Shown: positions 17,299-25,889 of the stretch, one piece after another
Layout: each line of letters starts with the position of its first letter
How positions within the stretch are numbered: the stretch's first letter is position 1
Source: Anaerolineae bacterium
GTDB taxonomy: Bacteria > Chloroflexota > Anaerolineae > Epilineales > JAANWY01
Length of the DNA stretch: 51,710 bases
Direction of reading: 5' to 3'
Assembly (NCBI GenBank): GCA_046756905.1
Contig: JBHHXF010000001.1
Coordinates: 1 to 51,710 of the forward strand
The notes under the pieces: model-generated
What the model saw: only the letters and a program-made list of their open reading frames with translations
What the model was told of the DNA's origin: nothing
Databases searched by the model: none
Made by a program: the position numbers and the translations under genes

Positions 17299-18489
17299 CT
17301 ACTCCCACAGCCGGCGCGCCAGGTGCGTGATGACTTCCGGTTCGCCCTCGGTGATGATCACCTCTTCCTCGATGCTGCAACCACTCCACCCTCGGATGTA
17401 AATGCCCGGTTCGATGCACAACACCATCCCTGGCTGCAACACGACGTCGCTGTCCGGCACCAGCAGCGGCGCTTCGACCGTCTCCAGGCCGATGCCGTGG
17501 CCCATGAAGCGAGACATGGATTGTCCGTAGCCGGCCACCTCCATCACCCGCAGGCCGGCCCGCACCATTTCCCCGACGGTCACGCCCGGACGCGCACGAT
17601 CCAGGACAACCGCCAGCGCATGGAGCACCGCCTCGCACATCGCCCGCTGCTCGGGCAGCGTATCAAACCCGACGATGGTCGTCCGCAGCACGTCGAAGCC
17701 GTAGCCCTGCACCGCGCCGATGATGTCGAGTGTGACCAGGTCCCCCTTCTCCATGGCGCGGTCCGACGCCTGGGGCCAGCGCGAGCCCCAAGCCGACCAC
17801 AGCCCTGAGTGCACCCGCAGGTAGCGCACAAAATCGGCGCCGGCGCGCATGGCCGCCGCCGTGCCGGCAGCGTTCACATCCGCCTCGCGCACTCCGAAGC
17901 CGACCGCGTCCAGGGCCGCCCGCAGCCCCTCCGAGGCCACACCCGCCGCCTGGCGCAGCAGTTGCTGTTCGGTCGGGCTCTTGATCATTCGTTGGTTCTC
18001 GACGATGTCGCCGGCCGGCGCCCACTGCACATCGGGCAACCGTTCGGCCAGTGACCGGTACATCGACAGGGGAAGGATGTCGTCGCTCACCAGGCCGATG
18101 ACGCCGCCGGCCAGGCCCCTCTCGCGAATGACGTCGGCCACCGCCCGGGGGAGGTTGGTATCCAGCCGCACGTCCTCCACCGCGACCAGGTCTTCGCGGT
18201 AGGCCCGCCCATCGACGATGAGGGTCGGCTCGCCGGTGGCCGGCAGGACCAGGAATCCGTGCCCCATGCCCTGCCAGTCACCCAGGTCGGCGGTGGTGGG
18301 GAAAGGGGGGAAGTGGTTGGTCAGATAGGCCAGGTTGCCGGGCCGGTCGTAGAAGGAACGCCCGACCACGAGCAGGCCGGCCAGCTCACGCGCGCCGGCG
18401 GCTGCTTGGCTGCGAGCCAGTCGTTCTTCAAACTCGGTCCGTGAGATGCCAGGCGCGTTCACATTGCGTTGCGTCTCGTTCCTGATCAT
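17299..18489 (-). CDS. M24-family metallopeptidase (Xaa-Pro aminopeptidase/creatinase-like)
   Basis: C-terminal pita-bread motifs (DIIGAVQGYGFDVLRT, GHGIGLE..EAP, CIEPGIY). ATG 18489 avoids overlap with the upstream HNH gene. The ORF track start 18558 is an alternative. Confidence 0.85.
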   Translation of the reverse strand: MIRNETQRNVNAPGISRTEFEERLARSQAAAGARELAGLLVVGRSFYDRPGNLAYLTNHFPPFPTTADLGDWQGMGHGFLVLPATGEPTLIVDGRAYREDLVAVEDVRLDTNLPRAVADVIRERGLAGGVIGLVSDDILPLSMYRSLAERLPDVQWAPAGDIVENQRMIKSPTEQQLLRQAAGVASEGLRAALDAVGFGVREADVNAAGTAAAMRAGADFVRYLRVHSGLWSAWGSRWPQASDRAMEKGDLVTLDIIGAVQGYGFDVLRTTIVGFDTLPEQRAMCEAVLHALAVVLDRARPGVTVGEMVRAGLRVMEVAGYGQSMSRFMGHGIGLETVEAPLLVPDSDVVLQPGMVLCIEPGIYIRGWSGCSIEEEVIITEGEPEVITHLARRLWE

Positions 18490-18499
18490 GCCCTCCGCC

Positions 18500-18928
18500 T
18501 CAATCCACCAGTGGGTGCCAGCCGGCAGCAACCCACTCACGCCTGACCATGACAGCAATGAGGTTGTTCAACTGCAATGCCACAACTGTCGCCCGACCGC
18601 ACATGGTACGCCCAGTGATTCGCGTCCCGTCCTCGCTCCACCTGAAATGCCTCGACCAGCGCTGACGACGGGGGTTGAACAGTCTTACACGCCGGCCAGT
18701 CACTGGATCGCGTCCGAATGTCTGAGTTCCTTTGAAGCTATTGCACATCCGGCAGGCGAGCCAGAGGTTCTCTTCGTCATCCGTGCCGCCACGCGCCTGC
18801 GGGACAATGTGGTCGATCTCCAACAGTCCAAGGACGTACTTCTGCTGGCTCTGACAATACCCACAACGGTCGCCGGCCTGAGCACGAATGCGCGCTCGGA
18901 GTTCATCTGAAATGCGACGGGAGCTCAC
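18500..18928 (-). CDS. HNH endonuclease-domain protein
   Basis: CGYCQS...EIDHIVPQARGG..DEENLWLACRMCNSFKG. GTG start overlaps the stop of the upstream gene (GTGA). Confidence 0.85.
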   Translation of the reverse strand: MSSRRISDELRARIRAQAGDRCGYCQSQQKYVLGLLEIDHIVPQARGGTDDEENLWLACRMCNSFKGTQTFGRDPVTGRRVRLFNPRRQRWSRHFRWSEDGTRITGRTMCGRATVVALQLNNLIAVMVRREWVAAGWHPLVD

Positions 18929-19314
18929 GCCTCCAAAGGCTCCTGCAAGCCACGGCGCACGGCCTCATGCAAGGCCTGGGCCTTTCGCAGTAACCCCTCC
19001 TGATAGACTTGCATCAAAGCCAACAACTCAGATCGCTCTGTTGCGGTGAGCTTGCCAGCCTGCTGCCTGTCTAACAACACGCTGAGTCGACGATCCTGAG
19101 ATGGCTCCATCTGGAGTTCGGTAAGAGTCAAAACTTCTTCGTCCGAAAGCTTCGATACCGGCCTGACGGCCTCTGAATCCGCGCTGAGCGAAGAGAATGA
19201 CAGAGTAATAGTGTCTGCCAAAACGTCGGCCACATCGCGGCTGGTCAGCGTTGCCAGGCGTCTGGCCCGACGATAGACCTCGTCCGGCAAAGTGACCATT
19301 ACTCGCGTGCTCAT
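18925..19314 (-). CDS. small RHH-like (CopG/antitoxin-like N-terminus) protein coupled to the HNH gene
   Basis: AAGGAGG lies 7 nt before ATG 19314. The N-terminus VMVTLPDEVYRRARRLA looks like a ribbon-helix-helix strand plus helix. The helical C-terminal part is ..LTATERSELLALMQVYQEGLLRKAQAL. Confidence 0.65.
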   Translation of the reverse strand: MSTRVMVTLPDEVYRRARRLATLTSRDVADVLADTITLSFSSLSADSEAVRPVSKLSDEEVLTLTELQMEPSQDRRLSVLLDRQQAGKLTATERSELLALMQVYQEGLLRKAQALHEAVRRGLQEPLEA

Positions 19315-19388
19315 GACAAATCCTCCTTGTATTTCGCCTCTACCAACGCCTGTATTGAGTGGTCGAAATGATACCACAAACGGGTTTC

Positions 19389-20081
19389 TCATACCACCAC
19401 AACATGCACCTCACCCGGCCCGTGGACGCCAATGCTGAGCGTCTGCTCGATGTCGCCGGTGCGGCTGGGGCCGGTGATGAGAGTCATGGCGCTGGGGAGG
19501 CCATCACGCCACGCGTCGGAGCGCAACCGGTCGATCAAGACCGACAGATTCGGGATGAGCTGGTCGCTGCGCACGAGGGCCACGTGAATCGGCGGCAGCA
19601 GCGACGCCATGCGCGGCGCGCCGGACCGGGCCAGGAGCACCAGCGTGCCGGTGTCGGCCACGGCGAAGTCAGCGCCGGTCACGCCGAGGTCGGCATCGAT
19701 GCAGGCATGGCGGAAGGCCTGGCCGGCGGCGTGGCCCACGGATTCGCCGGCCGGCGGCATGGTCACAGCTAGGCCGGCATCCGTCAGGGCCGTCGCCAGG
19801 CCCTCCACCGGCACATCCCGCGTGACCACGGCCCGCTCCAGACCCCGTTCGGCCACAAAACCGACCAGCCACTCCCGCGCCGCCTCGGCGTCCGATGCGC
19901 GGACCACGTGGCCGCCCACGTCCTCCACCATGCGGGTGAAGTGGTCGATCAGGTCGGGGGCCGGCAGGTCTTCGTCAAGCACGGATTTAGGCACGTCGGG
20001 GTCGGGGTCGTTGAGGGGGTAGTGGAATGGGTGTTGCCGGCGTTCTCGAACTCGGCTAAGAAAGGTTTCGCGGTCAGTCAC
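19389..20081 (-). CDS. lutC: lactate utilization protein C (LUD/DUF162 domain)
   Basis: Position downstream of lutA-lutB. LUD-type motifs (ADFAVADTGTLVL, PPIHVALV, ITGPSRTGDIE). GTG start. Confidence 0.8.
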   Translation of the reverse strand: MTDRETFLSRVRERRQHPFHYPLNDPDPDVPKSVLDEDLPAPDLIDHFTRMVEDVGGHVVRASDAEAAREWLVGFVAERGLERAVVTRDVPVEGLATALTDAGLAVTMPPAGESVGHAAGQAFRHACIDADLGVTGADFAVADTGTLVLLARSGAPRMASLLPPIHVALVRSDQLIPNLSVLIDRLRSDAWRDGLPSAMTLITGPSRTGDIEQTLSIGVHGPGEVHVVVV

Positions 20082-20120
20082 GACGTTGTCATCTCCTTAA
20101 TCAAGCACAGGCGTTGAAAT

Positions 20121-20189
20121 CCCCCCTCTAGCTCCCCCCAGAGGGGGGAGGATAGCCCGTTCTTCCCCCTGGGGGAAGTTAGAGGGGGG
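20121..20189. repeat. nested G/C-run hairpins in the lutB-lutC spacer
   Basis: CCCCCCTCTA (20121-20130) pairs with TAGAGGGGGG (20180-20189). Inner hairpins are CTCCCCCC-AGA-GGGGGGAG and CTTCCCCC-TG-GGGGAAG. Confidence 0.7.
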
Positions 20190-20206
20190 AACGCGAATAT
20201 CTTCGA

Positions 20207-21613
20207 TCACACATCCCGTTCCACGTCATCCCACCGCCGGCTGAAACTCCGATCCGCCAGCGCCGGCCAATCCCGATACCGGGTCCAGGCCGACAGCGGA
20301 GGCGGCGCAGAGGTGACCCGGCCATTGCGGGTGAAGGGGCGTTGGAGCAGCCGGCCCACTCGAACCGCCAGATCGAACAGGAACCGCCGGCGAACCAGCC
20401 GGCCAAACCACCGGAAAGCCAGCCGTTCTCCCCGCCCGATCATCCCTCGCTCCACCTGGTCTTGGCGCAACTCGATCAGCATGCGCGGCAGATCGATTCT
20501 AACTGGGCACGCGTCCAGACAGGCCCCGCACAGGCTCGATGCCCACGGCAGCTCCGACGGCTGGTCCAGACCCTGGAAAAGCGGCGTGATCACTGCGCCG
20601 ATGGGTCCGGGGTAGACGCTGCCATAAACGTGACCGCCGACCTCGGTGTAGACGGGGCAGACGTTCAGGCACGCCCCGCAGCGGATGCAGGCCAGCGATT
20701 CCCGATACTTCGAGCCGAGAATCTCGGTCCGGCTGTTGTCCATGATAACCAGGTGAAACTCTTGAGGACCATCGGCGTCGCCGGCCCGCCGGGGACCGGT
20801 GACAGCCGTCACGTAGGAGGACAGTCGCTGACCGGTCGCGCTGCGTACGAGCAGCGGCAGCAGGACAGCCCAATCGTCCCACGTGGGGATCACCTTCTCC
20901 ATGCCCATGATGGCCACGTGGACCGGCGGCAGGCTGGTGACGAAGCGCCCGTTGCCCTCGTTGGTTACGATGACGATGGTGCCCGTCTCGGCGATGGCGA
21001 AGTTGACGCCCGATATGCCGATGCCGGCGCGGATGAATCGCTCGCGCAGCGCCCGTCGCGCCACGGCCGTCAACGCCGGAATCTCGGCCGGCAGGTTCTC
21101 CTGGCCGGTGGCTTTCTCGAACAGCTCAATGACGTCCTGGATGGTCTTGTGGACCGCCGGTGCGATGATGTGCGAGGGGCGCTCGCCGGCCAACTGCACG
21201 ATCCACTCCCCCAGGTCAGTCTCGACCACGGTGATGCCCTCGGCTTCCAGAACGTGGTTCAGCTCGATCTCCTCGGAGGTCATGGACTTGGACTTCACCG
21301 CCAGCTCGACGTCGTGCTGGCGAGCGATCCGCGCCACGATCTGGCAGGCTTCGTCGCCGTCCAGCGCCCAGTGGACGTGGCCGCCAGCCTGCTCCACCTG
21401 GTTCGCCAGATTCGAGAGATGTTGGTCCAGGTTTTCCAGAATCGACAGCCGAATAGCCCGACCCTGGTCACGCAGGCCCTCGGGGTCGGGGAGCTCGCCC
21501 ATCTTGGCAACACGCCCGCTGTCGAAGCGCACCGTGGCGCTGGACAGAGCCTTGCGGAACGGGATGTCGCGAACGGCAGTCCTGGCTCGTTCTTTGAAGG
21601 TGCCGGCGATCAT
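20207..21613 (-). CDS. lutB: lactate utilization iron-sulfur protein LutB
   Basis: Two 4Fe-4S motifs (CIRCGACLNVCPVY, CGACLDACPV). ATG 21613 overlaps the lutA stop (ATGA). The 105 codons upstream in the ORF track run inside lutA and are rejected. Confidence 0.9.
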   Translation of the reverse strand: MIAGTFKERARTAVRDIPFRKALSSATVRFDSGRVAKMGELPDPEGLRDQGRAIRLSILENLDQHLSNLANQVEQAGGHVHWALDGDEACQIVARIARQHDVELAVKSKSMTSEEIELNHVLEAEGITVVETDLGEWIVQLAGERPSHIIAPAVHKTIQDVIELFEKATGQENLPAEIPALTAVARRALRERFIRAGIGISGVNFAIAETGTIVIVTNEGNGRFVTSLPPVHVAIMGMEKVIPTWDDWAVLLPLLVRSATGQRLSSYVTAVTGPRRAGDADGPQEFHLVIMDNSRTEILGSKYRESLACIRCGACLNVCPVYTEVGGHVYGSVYPGPIGAVITPLFQGLDQPSELPWASSLCGACLDACPVRIDLPRMLIELRQDQVERGMIGRGERLAFRWFGRLVRRRFLFDLAVRVGRLLQRPFTRNGRVTSAPPPLSAWTRYRDWPALADRSFSRRWDDVERDV

Positions 21614-22341
21614 GATCCCACCTCCCCCGCCAGAATCTGAGCCAGGTGACAGGTCTTGATGGACAGATCGGTGCGCCGCACGGCGCCGGCCATCTGCATG
21701 AGACAGCCCATGTCGCACGCCACTAGAGTGTCGGCCTGGGTATCCCGAATGTTGGCGATCTTGTCTTCCACCATGGCACCGGAGACGTCGGCCATCTTCA
21801 CGGCGAAGGTGCCGCCAAAGCCGCAGCAGCGGTCGGCGTCTTTCATTTCGACGTATTCGAGGCCGTCCACGGCCTGGAGCAGCCGGCGCGGTGCCTCGGT
21901 GACACCCAACCCTCGGGTGAGATGACACGATGCGTGATACGTAACCCGCCCCTCGTACCGGGCGCCGACGTCTTCCACCCCCAGGACATCGACAAGAAAC
22001 GACGAAAGCTCGTAAACGCGATCGGCCAGGGCGACGGCGCGGGCTCGCATCTTGAGGTTATCCTCGAACAGATGGGGATATTCCTGCTTCACCATCATGG
22101 CGCATGAACCCGAGGGGGTCACGATGTAGCCGTCCGTCTTCTCGAAGACGTTGAGGAAATGGCGCGCCGCTGACCGGGCCTCGTCCCAATAGCCGCTGTT
22201 GAAGGCCGGCTGGCCGCAGCAGGTCTGCCCTCGGGGAAAAGAGACCTCCACTCCCTGGCTGCGCAGCACATTGACCGCCGCCTCGCCGACTTCGGGGAAG
22301 AAGAGATCGATGAGGCAGGTTATGAAGAGGGATGCTTTCAC
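21610..22341 (-). CDS. lutA: lactate utilization protein A (CCG-domain Fe-S oxidoreductase)
   Basis: VKASLFITCLIDLFFPEVGEA.., CCGQPAFNSGY, CCGFGGTF. GTG 22341 with AAAGGAG upstream. The ORF-track extension to 22542 runs through repeat elements. Confidence 0.9.
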   Translation of the reverse strand: MKASLFITCLIDLFFPEVGEAAVNVLRSQGVEVSFPRGQTCCGQPAFNSGYWDEARSAARHFLNVFEKTDGYIVTPSGSCAMMVKQEYPHLFEDNLKMRARAVALADRVYELSSFLVDVLGVEDVGARYEGRVTYHASCHLTRGLGVTEAPRRLLQAVDGLEYVEMKDADRCCGFGGTFAVKMADVSGAMVEDKIANIRDTQADTLVACDMGCLMQMAGAVRRTDLSIKTCHLAQILAGEVGS

Positions 22342-22370
22342 GAAGTGAACTCCTTTCGCTGTTGCGTATA

Positions 22371-22446
22371 GGGATTGGAGATTGGTTGGACAAGATAGCA
22401 ACGTCTTCCAACCCTCCAATCTCTCTAATCTCCAATCTCTAATCCC
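22371..22446. repeat. heptamer foldback of the GGAGATT family
   Basis: GGGATTGGAGATTGG ... CCAATCTCTAATCCC (one mismatch), with further TCCAATC/TCTCTAA units. Confidence 0.8.
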
Positions 22447-22510
22447 ACAGTGTTGGGCCACGGTGTTGGGCGAGATCTCCGACCGATGCCCTCTTGCGGC
22501 GGCGGTCAGG

Positions 22511-22591
22511 AGACCTTGCCGAACAGAGGACCGTGCAACCATCCAGCCACCTAGCTATCCAGCCATCCAGCCAAGACCTTGCCGAACGGAG
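22511..22591. repeat. ATCCAGCC octamer tract bounded by ~17-nt direct repeats AGACCTTGCCGAACNGAGG
   Basis: Direct repeat copies at about 22511-22528 and 22574-22591. CCTTGCCGAACGGA also occurs as its complement at about 40217-40233. Confidence 0.7.
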
Positions 22592-22640
22592 GGTTTTCTA
22601 CTTGAAGAGATCGCCGACTCGAAGGGCGAAGCCAGGTACT

Positions 22641-22746
22641 AGAGATTGGAGATTGGAGATTGGAGATTGCAGATAGCAGATTGGAAGACGTTCCCATCTT
22701 CCCCTTGCAATATCCAATACCCAATCTCTAATCTCCAATCTCCAAT
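22641..22746. repeat. heptamer foldback (AGAGATT GGAGATT x3 ... / ...TCTCTAA TCTCCAA TCTCCAA T) with central hairpin GGAAGA-CGTTCCCA-TCTTCC
   Basis: Read directly from the sequence. The right arm overlaps the last codons and the stop of CDS 22728..23648. Confidence 0.85.
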
Positions 22747-23648
22747 AACTCCACGATGGCCGGCGCGACATCGGTGATCTTCGCAATGCGGCCGGCGGCC
22801 CACGCAGGCACCCCATTGCTCCCAACGGCCATCAGGAATGCTGGATTCAAGGTGTGGTCGGTTGTGCTCCAATCCTCGACGTTGCCATGATCGCTAGTTA
22901 CGAGCACGACGGTCTCATCATCAATATTCTCAATGACGGCGCCCAGGAACTGATCCACCTGTTCCAACACCTCCAGAATCCGGGCTCGCACACCCCGGTG
23001 GCCGGCCATGTCGGTGTGATAGTACTCGAAGAGCGTGAAATCGTGGCCCGCTGCCAGCTTCGCCAGCCGGCGGCCGGCCTCCTCCACGCTGATGACCGGC
23101 ATGTCGGTGTAACCCAGGTGATCGCGCCAGCCTTGGTTGGTGAGAAATGGCGAGAGGGCCTGTCCAGCGCGTAGATCTCCGGGGCCGCGCAGTCGCATGC
23201 CGGCCATCTGTGCAGCACGGGCGATGGCCGAGGCACGCCCCGTGCCGCGAGCCATTCGCTCGTGGTAGCGGTCGGGGTAGGCGTTGGCGAAGACGACACG
23301 GCGGCCGGCCTCGGTCAAGCGCCGGAAGAGACTGTGCTCCTGGAGCAATACTCGCGTCGATTCATCGGGATACGGGCCGTGATGTTTGCCACTGTTCCTG
23401 GGAGCATTGACGCCGGTCAGCAAGGCCGTCTGGCCAGTGCCGCTCTGCGGGAGACCGGAGACACCCAGGGTGGCATCAGCCGGCACCAGAGCGGCGAGCC
23501 CACTGACGACCGGGCCACTTCCAAGAACGGGTGGCCCTCCGTCAAGCAGCCTGTGCAAAGTTGGCATTGCAGCGTGCATGAAAGGATTGGAGCGCGTATC
23601 AGCCGGCCCGATGCCAACTCCGTCGAGGAAGATCAAGAGAACACCCAT
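22728..23648 (-). CDS. alkaline-phosphatase-superfamily metalloenzyme (cofactor-independent phosphoglycerate mutase / phosphopentomutase-like)
   Basis: N-terminus LLIFLDGVGIG, and TSDHGNVED near the C-terminus. GGAAGGA before ATG 23648. Confidence 0.7.
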   Translation of the reverse strand: MGVLLIFLDGVGIGPADTRSNPFMHAAMPTLHRLLDGGPPVLGSGPVVSGLAALVPADATLGVSGLPQSGTGQTALLTGVNAPRNSGKHHGPYPDESTRVLLQEHSLFRRLTEAGRRVVFANAYPDRYHERMARGTGRASAIARAAQMAGMRLRGPGDLRAGQALSPFLTNQGWRDHLGYTDMPVISVEEAGRRLAKLAAGHDFTLFEYYHTDMAGHRGVRARILEVLEQVDQFLGAVIENIDDETVVLVTSDHGNVEDWSTTDHTLNPAFLMAVGSNGVPAWAAGRIAKITDVAPAIVELLEIGD

Positions 23649-23721
23649 ATCATCCTTCCACTACAGATCAGAGTAGCAGGTTGAGGTTGATGGCACTCGC
23701 CGAGTGCCAGTGTCATATCGC

Positions 23722-23907
23722 TCAGGTCCACATACGTATATAGGCCTGGAGCTCCTCGTCAGACATTCCCTCTGTGACAGAAGGATGCAGGCAGGCCACG
23801 TCCATCTCGATAACGAATCGCTGCCACAGTTCAGCGACCCGGTCTTGCCAGAAGCGCCGGCCTATCGCTTCGAGATCGAGCTTAGCAGTTCCACTATGTG
23901 TCGTCAC
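23722..23907 (-). CDS. possible small hypothetical protein (61 aa)
   Basis: ORF with protein-like composition (..RFWQDRVAELWQRFVIEMD..MSDEELQAYIRMW) in a visibly AT-richer spacer. GTG start with a weak, distant GGAGG. No family recognised. Confidence 0.3.
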   Translation of the reverse strand: MTTHSGTAKLDLEAIGRRFWQDRVAELWQRFVIEMDVACLHPSVTEGMSDEELQAYIRMWT

Positions 23908-24131
23908 TCGTCAAGCACCTCCAATACGGCTATGTCCAAACCGAGACAGTCACCCGGTTGGTGATTTGACCGATTGCCATCTGTTATTCATGTTCGCAAT
24001 GTTAACTGAAAAGCGGACGCCAGTCAACATCTCGGTTCTTCTACAAGTTCGCCTTTTTACGAAACTATGGTATAATGAGGCTCCAACGCAACAGCAGCGC
24101 TGCTCATCGTCTGCGACTGAAAGGAGAGTAT

Positions 24132-24563
24132 ATGGCGACCCCGGTCGTCCGTGAGCACATGACGCCCAATCCCATCACCGTCGATGCGACTACGTCGGTG
24201 GCCAAGGCGCAGCGGATCATGCAAGAAAAAGGTGTCCGCCACTTACCTGTGCTTCGCGAGGACGTTCTGGTCGGCATGGTCACACTGACCGACATTCTGG
24301 AGGCTGCATCGCAAGACACGAATAGACCAAACTTCTTCGAACCCAGCTACTTGCTTGCAGCTCTGCCCGTGGAAGAGCTGATGACCCCCGAGCCCGTGAC
24401 CATTGCTCCCGAAGATACTGTACTCGAAGCAGCCGACCTGATGTTTCAGCACGACATTGGAAGCCTACCGGTCGTGTGGGACCAAAATGTGATCGGCATC
24501 ATCACGACTACGGATATCTTCTACCTTGTAGTTAGAATGTTGGCCGAACGAGAGCGAAAGTAA
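24132..24563 (+). CDS. CBS-domain pair protein
   Basis: Two CBS repeats (MTPNPITV...GVRHLPVL ; MTPEPVTI...DIGSLPVV). AAAGGAG before ATG 24132. Extended -10 TGGTATAAT at 24068-24076. Confidence 0.85.
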   Translation: MATPVVREHMTPNPITVDATTSVAKAQRIMQEKGVRHLPVLREDVLVGMVTLTDILEAASQDTNRPNFFEPSYLLAALPVEELMTPEPVTIAPEDTVLEAADLMFQHDIGSLPVVWDQNVIGIITTTDIFYLVVRMLAERERK

Positions 24564-24629
24564 CAAGGTTGCACTACACTCCCACTTTCACCCCGACAAC
24601 TGAACCGTTGTTGGTTGCGGCGTTGAAAG

Positions 24630-25391
24630 ATGCGGCAGCGATCTGCCGGCCCGCACCAACTCCAGGCCATTCACAGCCACCCGATGAACACGTTTGATCT
24701 TAGCGAACTGGAGCTAGCAGCCGAAAGAATACTGCGGCTGGATCAACTGGCACAGTCGGAGATCGAACGGCTGGCCGACCTTTGGAGCAAGCGAATAGCT
24801 CCCGACCAGATCGAAGAGGAGATGCTCGATGTGTGTGACTTCAAAGGCACGCCGACAGGCATCAGTGCTCCTCGCTGGTTGTGCCACCTTCTTGGATTGC
24901 GCCACAGGGCCACTCACATCATCCTACGAAGTCCCCAGAACCTCTTAGTGCTGCAGGTACGAAGCCGGCACAAAAAGGATTGGCCAAACCAAATCGACAC
25001 GTCAGTGGGAGGACACGTGCGGGCCGGCCAGAGCTTCCTCGAAGCCGGCCTCGCAGAGATGGAGCAAGAGTTGGGACTGCCGGCCAATCACCAGGCTACT
25101 TGGCTCGCAGGCGGCAAACTTACCAAAGTCGGCGTCCCCTACGAACGCGCCGACTACCATCCAGGCACTCCGCCCTTTCGGAATAAGCAGATCAACCAGA
25201 TCTATGCCGGCCTACTGACACCAGACGGGCTTGCGCGAATCCGCTTTCAAGATGGCGAGGTGGATACGCTGTACCTGTGTACGGACGCGGAAGCCGAGCA
25301 GTTGCTGGCTGCTGGCACCCGAATCGCCCCTGGGCTGGCCCAATCCCTGCCGCGATACCTGGCCTGGCACAATCAGTTTATCGAGCGTTAA
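24630..25391 (+). CDS. Nudix-family hydrolase (IDI-1/YfcD-like); start uncertain (24630 or 24684)
   Basis: Nudix-box-like GGHVRAGQSFLEAGLAEMEQELGL, preceded by RSRHKKDWPNQIDTSVGG. Confidence 0.7.
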   Translation: MRQRSAGPHQLQAIHSHPMNTFDLSELELAAERILRLDQLAQSEIERLADLWSKRIAPDQIEEEMLDVCDFKGTPTGISAPRWLCHLLGLRHRATHIILRSPQNLLVLQVRSRHKKDWPNQIDTSVGGHVRAGQSFLEAGLAEMEQELGLPANHQATWLAGGKLTKVGVPYERADYHPGTPPFRNKQINQIYAGLLTPDGLARIRFQDGEVDTLYLCTDAEAEQLLAAGTRIAPGLAQSLPRYLAWHNQFIER

Positions 25392-25417
25392 ATTTCCGCA
25401 CCAGCCAACGGGCAATC

Positions 25418-25876
25418 TTACACGTGTGTTCCCACCCACCAGCCTAATATCGCGCCGTAGGTAATGTGGCTCGCGGCGAATAACACCGGATTCGCGTTAT
25501 TCACGAGCAACGGATCAACTACCGGCAAAACAATGAACAGTGCTAAAAACCATATTGCTAGCGCGTAAACAACACCGTACAGGGCTAACGTCACGTCTGG
25601 CAGGCTGACCACAAGCAGGCCGAACAGCCCTCCCAGGCCGGCGGACACCACCATGTGGATCACAAGCCCACTCACAATTGGCGTCAGATCAAAAGCGCCC
25701 ACGCTGTTGATGGCGCGCAGCCCCAGCACAAAACCGCCGATTAGCTTCACCGGCATCCACAGACCAGGCCCTTGCAGGAGACTAACCGACATTGAGAACA
25801 CCGCCATCACCACTCCCCCGAGCATACCACCCACGGCGCCTCGGAGGAACCGATTGCGCCAACCAGACAAGACCAT
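25418..25876 (-). CDS. integral membrane protein, about 4 TM segments, unknown function
   Basis: Four long hydrophobic stretches. No family recognised. Confidence 0.6.
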   Translation of the reverse strand: MVLSGWRNRFLRGAVGGMLGGVVMAVFSMSVSLLQGPGLWMPVKLIGGFVLGLRAINSVGAFDLTPIVSGLVIHMVVSAGLGGLFGLLVVSLPDVTLALYGVVYALAIWFLALFIVLPVVDPLLVNNANPVLFAASHITYGAILGWWVGTHV

Positions 25877-25889
25877 CCTCGTAGCCAGG

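Noticed and set aside
20342-21640. 432-aa plus-strand ORF antisense to lutB (also 20883..21659)
   Set aside because: Shadow ORFs opposite a gene with clear 4Fe-4S motifs. The composition is low-complexity Arg/Gly/Asp/Ala.
21614-21928. N-terminal 105 codons of the 573-aa lutB ORF, and the 67-codon extension of lutA (22342-22542)
   Set aside because: The lutB extension overlaps the lutA coding region in another frame, and the lutA extension reads through repeat elements. Internal starts with ribosome-binding sites give proteins of canonical length that begin at conserved N-termini.
22641-22746. Possible CRISPR array suggested by regularly repeated short units (also 51588-51685, 40146-40340)
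   Set aside because: The period is only 7-8 nt and there are no unique spacers. The units are arranged as inverted arms, and no cas genes are present in the window.
24630-25391. Idea that the Nudix protein plus the type-2 IDI (50556-51587) form an isoprenoid module
   Set aside because: The genes are 25 kb apart on unrelated transcription units, and the Nudix box alone does not establish IDI-1 activity.
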